From assembly GCF_037042905.1 (NCBI RefSeq), contig NC_087245.1:38814001-38878000 (forward strand): 64,000 nucleotides of DNA. Direction: 5' to 3'. The stretch is from Lytechinus pictus. Taxonomy: Eukaryota. Position 1 is the stretch's first letter, and every line of letters starts with the position of its first letter. The notes beneath the pieces are model-generated. The model saw only the letters and a list, made by a program, of their open reading frames with translations. It searched no databases and was not told the DNA's origin. This document shows, one piece after another, positions 26,038 to 38,625 of this stretch. Position numbers and translations under genes: made by a program.

Positions 26038-27704
26038 CGTTATTTTTTTTAATAATGTAAAATAAGATGAATAAGCAGAAGATTTGCAAGCATTGAAAGA
26101 GGATGGTTGGGAGGAACAAAACAAGACAAACAAAAACAGAGAATTAGACATGACACAATATCAAATAATCAACAACAAAAAATACTGCAACACTTTACAA
26201 TCATCAGATAAACAATGAACAATTATGGTTCATGTTCAAATGAAAAAAAAAACAGACATACGTTTCAATTGAAGATGGTAGTGATGTGTATCCAAGTTTC
26301 CATGTCTTTCACTCATTCAGGTGCATTGTAAAGACCATCAAAGGTACTCACTCCTTTCTGAGAATGATTATCACAAGTTTGAAAACTTACCCCCTCTTAC
26401 AGATATTGTATTTTCAACTCATGTGAATAAATCTAAATCATGAAAAGCCAGCAATGGCAATATAATCCATTTTCAATGAAGTGTATCAAATGTCAATTGG
26501 TAGAATCATGATTGCATATATGCATTTACTTAACCTCTCAAGGGCATTTCACTGGGACAAACATGTTCCACATTACAAATTATAATCAATGGCTTCACAG
26601 TCTGGTAAGTTTCCATTTCATTTCATCTTAACACGGTATCACATTTTGCCGTATTTTGTAATGTTATTGTTGAACTTGAAATGAAATCAATCCTTTATCA
26701 CTCAATAAAGCAAACAATCAATCAATCGAATGACATCAAATTGTTGAGAATTCCTACTGCTTGCCTTCCACTTTTCAACTTTCACCTATGAACTTCACCC
26801 ATGACCTTTATGGTATCTAAGGGAGATATGAAACTAGCAAGACACATTTCCCCAAGAAGTATCCTCTTTTTCCTCCCATCATAGAGGTTGAATGACCGGC
26901 TCTTTTTTTTTGTCTAAAAGGTTGTTATCAAGAGTGTAAACTCGCACCTGTCATTTGCTTTCATACTACTCCCAGGGATCTTTGATTAATTACAAGAAAG
27001 CTACAGATATTAAAAGATAAATTGTTAAGAAAACAATCTAGTTCCAGACATGTGTATCTTTATTTTCACATTTTCTTGCACGTTATCTCTCTCTCTTTTG
27101 TTTTCTCCCTGTATCTCTATTTCTCCTTATTTCTATCATTCTCTCTTCCTTTCCAACTTTCTGTCTGTCTCACTCTCACTCTCTCTCTTTCAACCTTTAT
27201 ATAGAGAATATATCTTTCTCTCATTCTCTATCTGGCCATGTACATTTCATGGATATCTCATCTCATAACCAAATTGACTGTCTCTTGCAAATCTCTTTTC
27301 TTTGTGTTTCCTGCATTTCCCATAAATCTCCAAGAAGGCTTGAAGGTATTGATCAAATTCATGCAGATATGGCATATCAAATGACACAAAAATCTTCAGC
27401 GCTCAGATAACAAATCATACAATCAGGGAACATGCATCACCATGTCAACTCTCAAATAAATAAGGTTTTCTTTTTTCATCCAAACGTTACACCATCTGTA
27501 TGGGAATTTTAATTGGTTTCAGCTTTTCCTCATTTTATTGCATAAGTTACAATGGTAATGTTTTGTGAAACAGGCCCCTATTGAAGAACACGCAAACATA
27601 GAGTCAAGACTTGAATCTTTTAGAATTTACCGCACAAGAAACGGCAGGACGTGGGCTCTCACTCGAGGAATAGAGCATAAAAAAAGAAATTGAGGCCGGC
27701 CTAC

Positions 27705-28053
27705 CTGAACTTTCTGGTGGGCCGGGGGCGCTCCGATTGCGTTGAGAAGGCACTCGCCGTACTCGCAGCTGTTACGGCCGAAACGTCGCTGGTGCTTGAC
27801 AGGTTGCTGTCGGAGGACTTGATGCTGATGTTGTCGGGGCTCTGCTTGCGTCGGTGCGAGGAATGCTGGAAAGGGAGGGACATGTCGTGGCCCGGCGACC
27901 CCATGTGGGACCCCCTCTCTAGGCTTCCGCCACCACCACCGCCAATACCCCCGCCGCTTCCGTGAGGGGAGAGGGTGTTGGCGGAAGCGGCCTGCTTGTA
28001 CTGGCTCATCTTCAGCTTGATCTGCCTGGCTCGCTCTTCGATGTCGGCAGTGC
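27705..28053 (-). CDS. RIMS: RIM exon (DIEERARQIKLKM...SPDNISIKSSDSNLSSTSDVSAVTAASTAS...QSERPRPTRKF)
   Basis: tctag|GC ACT...TTC AG|gtaggc; 349 nt, phase 1 to 2; EERxRQ, DNxSxKSSDS, SDVSA and QSERPR are RIM motifs. Confidence 0.94.
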
Positions 28054-29264
28054 CTAGAACAAACGGAGAGAATCACCACATCATTACACACGCAAAAGAT
28101 GATCTTTGTGGCTCTGCTCTACGCCAATGCAATTTAATGTTTAATCGTGCCATCACAAGTGGCTTTCCATAGATGTATATGGCGACTCAGCCAGGACCAA
28201 CGATTGTTTCATCACCCTAGCCAAATTGTCTGTAATTTCCCTGCATTGTCTACTTGAACGGTGGCAGCGGTGGGATGACAACCCATACCCTTGAAATGAC
28301 TGGTGCCTCAAACCAGAGAGATTCCTGGCAATTTCACAAATTGTTTTCTTATACATGGAAATTAGAGCACAAGGACAGGGACAACAAAATCAGCACTGAA
28401 TCCTATAGAATTGAAATTATATCAATTTAATCTATGAAATTTAATCTCTGCTTGAGTTAAATCTCAAATCCTACCTCTGGAGTCTGAGTTAAGCTAAAAT
28501 AGTTTAAATTGACTCCAACTTCACATAGAAGGTGCTATCACGAAAGAGGGTGTCGATCAAACTTCTACTAGGAAAAATTTGCTGAAATAATGTCTTCACT
28601 ATACCAAATTCTCTTAACGCCACCCGAAATTGATTTCAATTTACAACAACGAGACTAAGCATCTTGGATGCACTAGAGATTTCCCCTAGATTTTCACATA
28701 AAAAAAACGTATATAAGGAAATAAAATAAGGAAAATATAATAAATACAAACTAGGCAGTACAGATTTATGTCAAATTGTCAAAGAAAAAGTATTTTCTTT
28801 CCATAAAGTTATAAGTGCATCTTCAGTAATCTAAAAGATGATAACCAAAATGATCATCGCTTATTCAGCTGTAGTTGTGATTATGGCTTGGCTTGACCCT
28901 TAATAATGATATGTAGTTCACTTTCCCTTGAAAACCCCCAGACCATTTGATGCAAAGAATTAGATTATTTATTCATCATACAAGAAAAGTTAAGCCGGGT
29001 TTTATAAGTAAGACCATTAGGGAGAGAAAGACGCCGGAGCACATCGCATTGCTAATTCCTGATCAAGCTTTTAATTAGATTTCTGTTGGCGAGTAATTCA
29101 ATAAAGTGTGAACCTTAACATGTGGTTGACCGCTGTTTACAAGGAAATTGACCTTCGTTTCAAGAAATCGGGGGTAACCGGAAGAGCTCTTGGAAATTAA
29201 ATTTCAAAGAGGGGTGAAGATAGAATTGCATTAATGAGGGATAACGAAGCCCAATTGGCAGGAA

Positions 29265-29619
29265 GCCATAGAGAGGGAGAGAAAGAAAAAAGAGAGGAAG
29301 AGAAAGAAAAACGAGAGGGAGAAACAGGAAGAGTAAACACACCCACATGGACACACAAACACATATACACACAGAAATACTGGGAAAAGATCAAGAAAGA
29401 CAACTGTTTGGAGAGAGAAGAAAGAGAGAGAGAGTGGAGATGAAGCAATAGAAAGAGGGAGAAAGACAGCAATAATTAAAAAAAAGGATGAGAAAGAAGA
29501 AACACACAGGTACCAATTGGGTAAAAGACAGAGGATGAGAGAGAGAGAAAGAAAGAATAGAAAGAAGCAACAAGAGAAGAAAAAACACAGGTACAAAGAA
29601 ATGCTAGGTAAAAGACAGG

Positions 29620-29657
<38 letters not shown>

Positions 29658-29710
29658 AGTGATACAGAGACAGAAAAGGTTAAAGAAAGGAAATACAGAG
29701 AAACAGAAAT
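29265..29710. repeat. AG-rich low-complexity tract with (GA)n microsatellite
   Basis: Purine-rich tract with a perfect GA run at about 29622-29653. Confidence 0.85.
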
Positions 29711-31028
29711 CCAAATTGTCCATCTACTTGTGCTTTGTATTCTCTGGAAGAGATGCGCTGATGTATGCATCCAGCTATTATTATTGTTATCAGGAAGATG
29801 ACCAAAAAGAAGGAGGGTACGACAAAAGAATACTTGATATTGAGAAAATCCAATACAAATTGAAGAGAAATTAGAAAAGGGAGATATAGTGTGAGTGAGG
29901 TTATGTGTGTGATTTTTTGTGTGCATGCCACTGTGCTTAATGATCACCCTATTTTTCAAGCCACTTGCTTTTCTAAGGGGTTTGATTCTCTCATTTTGCA
30001 ATGTATGTAATTACTCATGCAATTCCTTTTTTACCTAATGAATATTGAAATGAATTGAATTGCATGTGTATGTGTGCATGTGTGTGTGAGGGAGAAAATG
30101 AAAAGTGTGGAACGAGAGCTAAAGGAAGGAGAGAATAAAAGAGACAATGACAGAAACAAAGAAAGGGAGTGTCCAAAAAAATGCTTTAAGGTATTGAGAA
30201 AAACCCAAAATGAGTGATTGAGACAATGTGTACGTGTCTGTGTGTGTGTGGGTGTGTAAGTGAGATATCTGAAAGTGTGGGAGTCTTCACAACTGCGATC
30301 ATAAGTGGAATCTCAATCATCGGATTCAAGCGCAAATGCTCGGAGGTCAAACACCAGTGACTAAGAACACCTGATTGAATTAGATCTGATTACCCCGGAT
30401 AAATCGGGTATGAGCATCCCTCACTTGAAGGTGTCTATTGGGGAAGAGCCAACTTCTCTACGACTTTGTCATGATTACGATCCCACGAGATTCAAATTAT
30501 CTGATCACCTTCAAACACTTCATTGCTTGTAAAGCAACATTCAGTTAACCCCACCTAAACATATCCCCTCCCCTCCCCCTCCCACTGTCACTTAACATTT
30601 CTCAAGGTTTGCTATATTCAAAGAGATAAAAATCAATGCAATATGGCTCAATTTCTAATTGAAACTATGACGACACTCATCCAGATCCTATTTTGGGTCA
30701 TCTAGTTGGAAGACATAATTCTAAAGCTCAGGTTTTCAATTTCTTTAGTGCTTACCTGAGCACCATAACCTTGCATATTTTTTTCTTTCTTAATATAATT
30801 ATGACTGCGTTGTATTAATTTTATATCTGTGATGCAGAATAGCATCTTACAGCATCAGGATGGCAAGGAAAAATTGCTTATTTTGTCTTGATGAAGCCAT
30901 ATAGTCTAAGCTATATCAAGTGACTAAATGGCAAATAACTTTATAGTAATTGCATGGACTTTTTTTGCATAGTTTTAGGCAATGAGAGAATAGGTCTAAC
31001 AGGTGACATATAGCATACAGTTAATTAA

Positions 31029-31629
31029 AGGGATGGTCCAGGCTGAAAATATTTATATCTTAATAAATAGAGTAAAATTCACAGAGCAAAATGCTGAAAA
31101 TTTCATCAAAATTTGATAACAAATAAAAAAAGTTATTGAATTTTAAAGTTTTTCAATATTTTGTGAAAACAATTATACGCACATCATCATGAATATTCAT
31201 TAGGTGGGCTAATGATGTCACATCTCCACTTTCCTTTTTATGTTATTACATGAAATTATAAATGTTTCATTTTTTCATACATGTGTAAATGATGTGTTTC
31301 CATTATATTAAAATAAGTTGCGGCAATAAATAACTAATGCACATAGTCAGTTGTCAATCCAATTGATTTAGTTCTTGGTAGAAAATGTTTGAATAAACCT
31401 AATTTCATATAATAAAGTACAAAAGAACAAGTGGGGATAGACATCATCAGCCCACCTAATGAATATTCATAAAGACATGCCTAGAACTGTTTCACCGGAA
31501 TAATGCAAATCTTTAAAATTCGATAACTTTGTTATTTGTTATCCGATTTTGATCAAATTTTCAGCATTTTGCTCTGTGAATTCTACTCTATTTATTGAGA
31601 TATAAATATTTCCAGCCTGGACCATCCCT
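31029..31629. mobile_element. TTAA-flanked foldback MITE (Kolobok-like termini)
   Basis: TTAA|AGGGATGGTCCAGGCTG ... CAGCCTGGACCATCCCT|TTAA with long inverted arms. Confidence 0.9.
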
Positions 31630-31729
31630 TTAAAGACTGATCAGCTAATTTCTATGATTAATATTGTGGAATCATCAATTGTTAAAATCAGCCCCATAAT
31701 GAAGCATTATGGTCTTTGTAATTGGGCCC

Positions 31730-31881
31730 TGGGTCCCATTTCAGGAAAAGTTGTTATATAATAACAAAAGCACAATTTCTGTAACAAATTTACTTTCAGC
31801 CAATCAGATTGGCAGATTACAGTATCTTTCAACTGTTAGTGCAATTGTTTTATCATAACAAGTTTTATGAAATGGGTCCCA
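31730..31881. mobile_element. Small CWG-flanked MITE
   Basis: CTGGGTCCCATTTCA..AAAAGTTGTTAT ... ATAACAAGTTTTATGAAATGGGTCCCAG. Confidence 0.7.
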
Positions 31882-31909
31882 GGTATTGGTGTCAAGTGGT
31901 AACAATTAC

Positions 31910-32737
31910 CTTTATCAGCTTTGGATGAAGGGGGTATCTGGGGTAGCCTTCGCTGTTGCTTGCGTGGCGTTGAAGGGGTAGAGGAAGGACTGTTACGTCC
32001 CGCGTGGATAGGAGAGTTGGGTAAACTGGAGGAATCTAGACCCGACGTAGGAGGAGGAAGCATGTGGCGCCCTCTGTACTGTCTGTCGTACTCCATCTCC
32101 CCTCGGTTCTCGGACCTGCTACGCCGCTGGTACGAGTCCGACTGCGAGGTATCGACCGACCGGCGGCTTGGCGACCGGGATCTCCGGGGCTCATCGTATT
32201 CGTACATGTTAGGAGGGGAGAGTGTCCTTGAGCGGTGCTCGCGCTCCCGACGCGGGGGCGAGCTACGGTCTAAGCGGTGAGGGGACTCACGTTCGTGACC
32301 CCGGGAAGATGTCGAATTTGGGGAAGTCCTTATATCATCAACCTCCGTGCCCCTGTAGGAGTACATATCGCGCTCTCTCTCGCGGTCCAGTTCGCGGTCA
32401 AGATCTCGGTCGCGGTCACGTTCCCGTCCTCTCTCCCTGGTGTGATTCCGGTCCCTTTCCCGGTCTCTATCCAAAGGTTGGTCGCGGTCCCGATCTCGAT
32501 CTTGATCGCGATCCCTCTCCATCTCCTGCTGCAGGTCCTGTGCTCGATGTTGTCTGCCATATTCTATTGCTGGTTCGGAATGCCTCGTTCTCCCTCTCTC
32601 TTTCCTGATGGGGGACGGGGATCGTGGCCTCCGGGACACTCTCTCGGGAACGGCAAGCGTGCTCTGCGAGTTGCGTCGCTGTTTGCTGGGCATGGGTTCT
32701 TCGTTCGGTGTCAGGTCCTCTTGAGTTGGAGGTGTCA
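31910..32737 (-). CDS. RIMS: RIM exon: RD/RE/RS-rich linker ending in STPSTPRKQQRRLPQIPP (RIM-BP SH3-binding motif)
   Basis: tgcag|TG ACA...AAA G|gtaatt; 828 nt, phase 1 to 1; RRLPQIP corresponds to the RIM RQLPQ(L/V)P motif. Confidence 0.93.
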
Positions 32738-33989
32738 CTGCAGAATAATTTTGAAAATATAGTTCATGAAGTCAAATCTGTTTAAGCCACCATCTGTAGG
32801 AAAGGACTTTATGACTATAAAGCCCATGAATTCAGTATCCTGAATATTTTCCCCCATTGCAACATCTATGGTAGGAACCCATCATTAAAGACCAAGACCT
32901 TCTTGGGAAGACTGTTTTTCTTATCTCCTTTGGGAGATCCTTGAGACAGGTTTCAATGTCATTGAAAATGGTAGATTAACACACTAACTCCTTGTAGAAT
33001 AAAGAGTTGAGGTTGTATTCCTCTTAATATTTCAAATTGGAGTATATACAGTATATAGTACATTGTAATGCATATATATTTGTATACCTCAACTGAAATA
33101 AAGTTTGTCAAAAACCCTGAGAAAATGAAATAAACAGTCATTCATCAATGAATAACAGGAAGAGACTTAAATGACAATACATGTATCCCAATGCAGTTAT
33201 TTCTTCTAAGAACATGCTAAACTATAGTAGGTTTTTATGATACATGCTGTAAAGATTGACAATTCATATGATAAATGAGTTGATGCAATTAAAAGTACTT
33301 GTATGTGTTATTAGATAGTGCTGGCTCAAAGGTAATGTATATGCTATAAAAATATAAGAAAGAAACATACGAAAAACAAACAATTGTTACATTACACATG
33401 GTAAAAATTAAGTGTGAAAATGAGAAAGAATGGAGAAAATATTAGAAGGAAATTGTTAAAATTGTTATTGATAAAATAAACTATATGTCCTGTCAATGTT
33501 TGAATTTGCTTTTTCACATTGGTTTTCAACCCCGAAATGGCTGATTTATTAGATCAATAAAAAGAAATAAAAACACATTTTTTTAAAGTTATTTTTGAAA
33601 GCCTGTAATAAAGTTCTTCAGTGATGGACCCACTTTTCTGCAATACAGAAAACAGAAGAAACAAATCACAGGAAAAAATAAATTTCCAGGCCAAAAATAT
33701 TTGAATTATGAAAAACGTAGTGAAAATCATACAAATCAAAGCAAACTCAAATGAACAAAACAAACTGTGCATGGACGAAAAATCTGATCACATCTTTTTG
33801 CATTGTTAAGCATGACTGAGCTCGCATCTGCATGATATTACAGATAGTACTTTTCTAAGATATCACTATAAACAAATGCTCCATCACAAGTTTTCTGCAT
33901 TTCATTAATGAATATGTATTTTGATGTTTAGAGCATTGAAAAGGGGGGAATTGGCATTTTAGAGAAGGGAAAACCGGGGACATAAGTCT

Positions 33990-34302
33990 AAATGGGAAGA
34001 AGGGTTGGTTGAGCAGTGGTTATTAGGAAAAGGGTAATGAGGCTAGGAAGGGGGAGGGGAAGGGGTAGGGAAGGGATAGGGGAAGTTGCAGGGAAGTGGA
34101 AGGGAAGGGGTGGGGAGAGGTGGGGAGAGGTAGGGAAGGGAATGGGAAGGGATCGGGGAAGGGAAGGGAAGGGGTAAGGAGGGGTTGGGGAGGGATAGGG
34201 AAGAGGTTGGAGAGAGGTAGAGGGAGTGGGGGAAGGGGGGTAGGAGAAATGGGTAGGGGAAGGGGGTAGGGGAAGGGGGTAGGGGAGGGGTAGGGAAGGG
34301 GT
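33990..34302 (+). repeat. G-rich polypurine (GGGAAGG/GGGGTA) low-complexity tract
   Basis: About 300 nt with dozens of G3-G5 runs and almost no C, ending 9 nt from the exon end at 34311. Confidence 0.9.
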
Positions 34303-34310
34303 GTTAGTAC

Positions 34311-34463
34311 CTATGCCAGCACGCCTGTGCGGGGCTTGACTACGTGGAAAGTCAGTATCTTGACTAGAGGGTCTGTCATCCTGGTCGCTGACTGGGGGCG
34401 GGCTGCAGCTGCTGCCAAATGATGAGATACTGGCTACGTCCCCCGCCCCTGTGGTGGTCCCGC
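34311..34463 (-). CDS. RIMS: RIM linker exon (GGTTTGAGDVASISSFGSSCSPPP...HRRAGI)
   Basis: tgtag|GC GGG...ATA G|gtac; 153 nt, symmetric phase 1 to 1, GC-rich open frame. Confidence 0.85.
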
Positions 34464-35091
34464 CTACAAGATGTCAAGGTTTGGTTTGTTAATGGAGGAA
34501 GAGGAAAAGACAGAGAAAGAGGAAAACAAACATGTACACAAAATCTTGTGTAGTATTGATAATCTTTTTTTCGTTTTACATCACACAAAAAGTTTAGGAA
34601 ACCAGAAATTTATTGAAGTGTTATTGTCAATACTATAATATCATTGTTTTCATTGGTATTATTTTAAAGGTTTTGATTGAACAGTTTCTTAAAAGTAGGA
34701 TATAAGATGGTTTTACGTTTTTCCAGTTTAGAGAGTTATTTCAAACCAAAACAAAGACAAAAGCAGAAATATCACTTTTCATACTGGATAATCTGTACAT
34801 TTTTCAAAACCAGGCAAAATTCTTTTTCATTTAAATCTGAAGAATTTGTTAGTTTAATTACACACAAGCTCTGGCTTTTGTAGACTAATCATCAAACACA
34901 GATTTTATTTACAAAAAAAGAACAGTAGAAAGCAAGAAAACACATTATGCCAATGCATTAGATATTTAAAGGAGCTTATTACAGAAAGAACGATGCTAGG
35001 TGCAAATAGGATATACCTTGTGGGTGTTTCCTAAAGCTGTTTGTATAGTTATGCATGACTTTAAAGATGACGGGAACATGTACTTAGGTAC

Positions 35092-35546
35092 TAAGACACC
35101 GTTCTCACTACCGTCCTAAAACTAGTTTAGTGGAAACTAGTTTAACGAGTAATGAGAATGGTGGAAGCGATCTTCCAAACCGATTCAGGAAACCACCTCA
35201 AAATGTAGTTTTGAAGATCACTTTGCCTCGTTAAACTGGTTTTGGCATAAAAGAGGACACAACCGTTCTTCGGGAAGCAATCTTCGCACATTTCAAGCAC
35301 GCTACTCCACACGCCGTACGGTATGCGGAATGCCTACGCTGCAGTTTCAAATTTGGCACGAAACATGTCACCCCACTGCATGAGAGTGTTCCCATGGCAA
35401 CAAGACCGCTTTACGTCAAGTGGTTTTGAAAAACACTTTCGGATGATCAAATGGGGAACGCTAGCAATTGGCGATCTTCCAAACTGGTTTCCTGAACCGG
35501 TTTCCAGTAGACTAGTTTTAGAAAGTATGTTGAGAAGGGTGTCTTA
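35092..35546. mobile_element. MITE with long imperfect TIRs
   Basis: TAAGACACCGTTCTCAC...TAAAACTAGTTTAGTGGAAAC versus GTTTCCAGTAGACTAGTTTTA...TGAGAAGGGTGTCTTA. Confidence 0.8.
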
Positions 35547-35637
35547 AGTCAGCTACTCAGGGATCATTTCGCACAAGAAAAGGTTACTAGTTGTGCATAA
35601 AGTCATTTAATTGTAACTTACAATTAGCTGCACCTAC

Positions 35638-35655
35638 CTGAGATGTTCCATAATG
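35638..35655 (-). CDS. RIMS: Candidate 18-nt RIM microexon (ALWNIS)
   Basis: gtgtgctacttacccaacag|CATTATGGAACATCTCAG|gtaggt; phase 1 to 1 in a phase-1 intron, no stop; TGC at -17 to -15. Confidence 0.5.
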
Positions 35656-37067
35656 CTGTTGGGTAAGTAGCACACAATTAACACACAACTGGTGATCCTT
35701 TCTTGTGCTAAATGTGATATACCCCAAATTGCACACTTTTTCAATGAGATTTCACTTTCTATAACCCCATTCAAATTTTGAAAAATATTATATTCTACAT
35801 TGGATGATTTCAAATTCAGTTTTGAGCTTTTGGTGTTGGTGTTATAGGTCAATTATTTGACTATTGAATTTTTTTCCTTGGTTGTTCATTTGTATTCAAT
35901 TGTGAGCAAATAAGTTTCTTATATCTCACTATGTCAATTATATTTTGTCTAATTCCATGAGGGGAAGTTACCCAGACAAACTCTATTTTGGGGGTTTTAT
36001 AATTTCCCTATTTCCTTTGTTGTTTGAAATGTTAACTTATCGTCTACATATATATTTTATGTGGAAGACTTTTGTAATACATGTATTTGGTAACATTTGC
36101 TCAATTATGTATTTTCATGAATTTCTTATACTGTGATTTTTAACTGGAAATAAATGAATTAAACTTAAATTTTTTAATGACACCAAACAGAAATAAAGAT
36201 GGTCCTCAAAAGTCACTCTCTAGGTGTTGAGCTGTCAATATCGTGATCTGGATTATATTTGTGTAAACTCAGAATAGGTTTAGGAGTTGGGAAACACAAT
36301 CTAAATTGTGCTTTCAGCACCAACACCAGCACCGGACTTGAAATCACCCATCCAGGTGCTGGATACAATGAACATTCTAATCTACAAAGATCCATGACGC
36401 TACAAGATGGGAATCAAAATTAACCCATTGCCTACTGGGACCGGATAATTCATGTTCAAAGACAACTGTGAAATAAAGAATCCAGTAGTCAATGGGTTAA
36501 TGAGAATCTGGTCTAGCACCCGAGTGAGTCTGACCAGCCATTCATAACTTACAAACAGCTTCATGAAAACCGCCTTTGTTAGATGTTAAACAGGTAAGTT
36601 CATCAGGAAATGACATGCTCATTAAAAGCAATGCAGTATGTTATTAAGAAGAAAAAAATTACAGAATGCAACCAAGAAAACCATTCATTCCACAAACAAT
36701 AAGTCACCATGAAAATGAAAAAACTTAAGAAATTCTTGCCATAAATACAAATTTTCCCTCTTGGGAAGAGTATGCACCTTTTCCCACTTTATAAATCATT
36801 GTCATTAACTGTTTTGTTTTTTATAAGTTAGATTATTTTGAAATTCTTGAGACTTAAATTGTTTTGATTTTGAATAGTTTGCTGGTTGCAGAGTTAAGAA
36901 GATATAAATGATTATGCATAATTACTCCCCCATGCCTGGCGAAACCAGATGATAATGTTAAGTGATAATCAGTTAAAAGCCACAATACCACAAGTCAGTG
37001 GTATATATCTTTCACACAGAAATTCTGCAAGTGCATGGCTTTTCCTGGCAAATCTACGATCATATAC

Positions 37068-37365
37068 CTGATAGGCCGGTCAGTCCATCATCAAAGTCGG
37101 AGACATCGCTGTCCGTGATCCGACCCACTGAGCTGGGGGAGAGTTGTTCTCGCATGTTGCCGTTCTCCTGGGCCATGCGCTTGCCGATGATGTCGTGCAT
37201 GCCAGGGTTGCCGTTGTTGTTCGTGGTGAGCGGGAGTTGTTTCTTGGGTTGTGGCGGAGGTTGCTGGGGTGGCGAGGAAGGCTGGTTACGTGAGCTGCCG
37301 TGAGGGTAGAGGGAGTACCAGTGGGACTGGCCGTCAAACGGGGCTCCCTCTAGGGGAAGTATCAT
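37068..37365 (-). CDS. RIMS: RIM exon: end of C2A (MILPLEGAPFDGQSHWYSL) plus linker (RITDSDVSDFDDG)
   Basis: tgtag|ATG...TCA G|gtatat; 298 nt, phase 0 to 1; HWYxL and DSDVSDFDDG are RIM motifs. Confidence 0.93.
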
Positions 37366-37800
37366 CTACAAGGTCAAAGACAATGTTATGATATTAGCTA
37401 TAGACAGAAATATAAACAGGTGGCATTTTATACGAAAGAGACAGACTGAAAGGTCGGAAAATAGAAAAGGTAGAAAGAGAAAATATAAGTTGGTAGAAAA
37501 TAAAAAGATGTATATATGTATCTATATAGATAGATGGATGGATGAATAGATGGACAGTTGTATAGATATAAATAGACAAATAGGTAGGTAGATAGATACA
37601 CAGATAGACAGACAGACAATATTTAGGGCTTACTAAGTGAACTCCCCCCATCAGAAGCCTCTACTCATCTTAACCCTTGTTCACCAGGTGGTCCCAATCA
37701 ATCTAGACTTTATTTTCCTTTATAATGCACGTACAGTATGTTCACTCTATGTGATTTACAAAACGTCATAAAGTTCAGTAACTTTTTAAATAGTCCTTAC

Positions 37801-37966
37801 CTGTCCCAGGAATTCTTTAGCACCGTATTGTTCAAAATCCCAGACGGTGACCTCCAGGTCACGACCCCTGAACTCTGACCTCTTGATGGGGCCAAAGGTG
37901 AAGGTTTGGTTCCATTTCGGGCTGAGCGTGTTCTGAATGGTCTTGGTCCGTCGTTTTGTCTCCTCA
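37801..37966 (-). CDS. RIMS: RIM C2A exon 2 (EETKRRTKTIQNTLSPKWNQTF...LEVTVWD...EFLGQ)
   Basis: ttcag|T GAG...GGA CAG|gtaagg; 166 nt, phase 2 to 0; C2 signature KRRTKT..TLxPKWNQTF. The ORF track shows a different frame here. Confidence 0.96.
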
Positions 37967-38039
37967 CTGAAAATAAGGAGAACATACAGGGCATGACTGA
38001 GACAAGATAAACAAGAATTATTTACTGGTAACTACTTAA

Positions 38040-38625
38040 AGGAGAATGAAACCCTTGAAACCACAGCTGAATCCATATCAAAGAGAAAAATCAAAGAAAC
38101 ATATTGTTGAAAGTTTGAGGAAGATTCAATGAATAATAAGAAAGTTATGAGCATTTGAATATTGAGATCACTAATGCCATGTAGATCCTCCCATTGGCAA
38201 TGCGACCAAGATCTGTGATGTCACACACGTACAACTCCCTCATTACTTTAGTACTTATTTCACTTATATTCTCACTTTTATAGAGTCTATCACAAGGTGA
38301 GGTGTTCTCTTTATGAGAGGACAAGTACAAAGGTTTCACAACATTATATCATTGATGAATCGTTTGTCATATGATTAGAATGAGCAAAAAGAGATGTTTT
38401 GGGGTATATTTTCAGTGTCCAAAAGGGGAGAGTTGTTCATCTGTGACATCATAGATCTTGGTCGCATTGCCAATGGGAGGATCTCCATAGCATTAGTGAT
38501 CTCGACATTCAAATGCTCATAACTCTTTGATTGCTAGTCCTATTTTACTCAAACTTTTGTTGATCTTATTCTTTAATTTTTCTGCTTTCACAACAGCTAA
38601 CTTGCTCCAAGAGTTTCATTCTCCT
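38040..38625. mobile_element. TTAA-flanked foldback MITE (Kolobok-like termini), second family
   Basis: TTAA|AGGAGAATGAAACCCTTG ... CAAGAGTTTCATTCTCCT|TTAA; internal inverted CCCATTGGCAATGCGACCAAGATCT. Confidence 0.9.

Noticed and set aside
25752..26119. N-terminal part of the 238-aa ORF
   Set aside because: AT-rich intron sequence including a (TA)n run; only the part after the acceptor looks coding.
27630..27665. GC-rich exon-like 31-mer after the 27705 donor
   Set aside because: It needs a rare GAG acceptor and an intron of about 40 nt, and would shift the frame.
29160..30001. Several overlapping ORFs up to 256 aa
   Set aside because: Artefacts of the AG/CT low-complexity tract, which lacks stop codons.
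31921..32762. Plus-strand ORFs opposite RIM exons (also 27690-27965, 36998-37303, 60753-62219)
   Set aside because: Antisense shadows of GC-rich coding exons.
33088..33092. 5-nt ag|TTGAG|gt segment
   Set aside because: Frameshifting length and weak donor.
36213..36395. 60-aa ORF between RIM exons
   Set aside because: No frame-compatible donor before the stop and no RIM motif.
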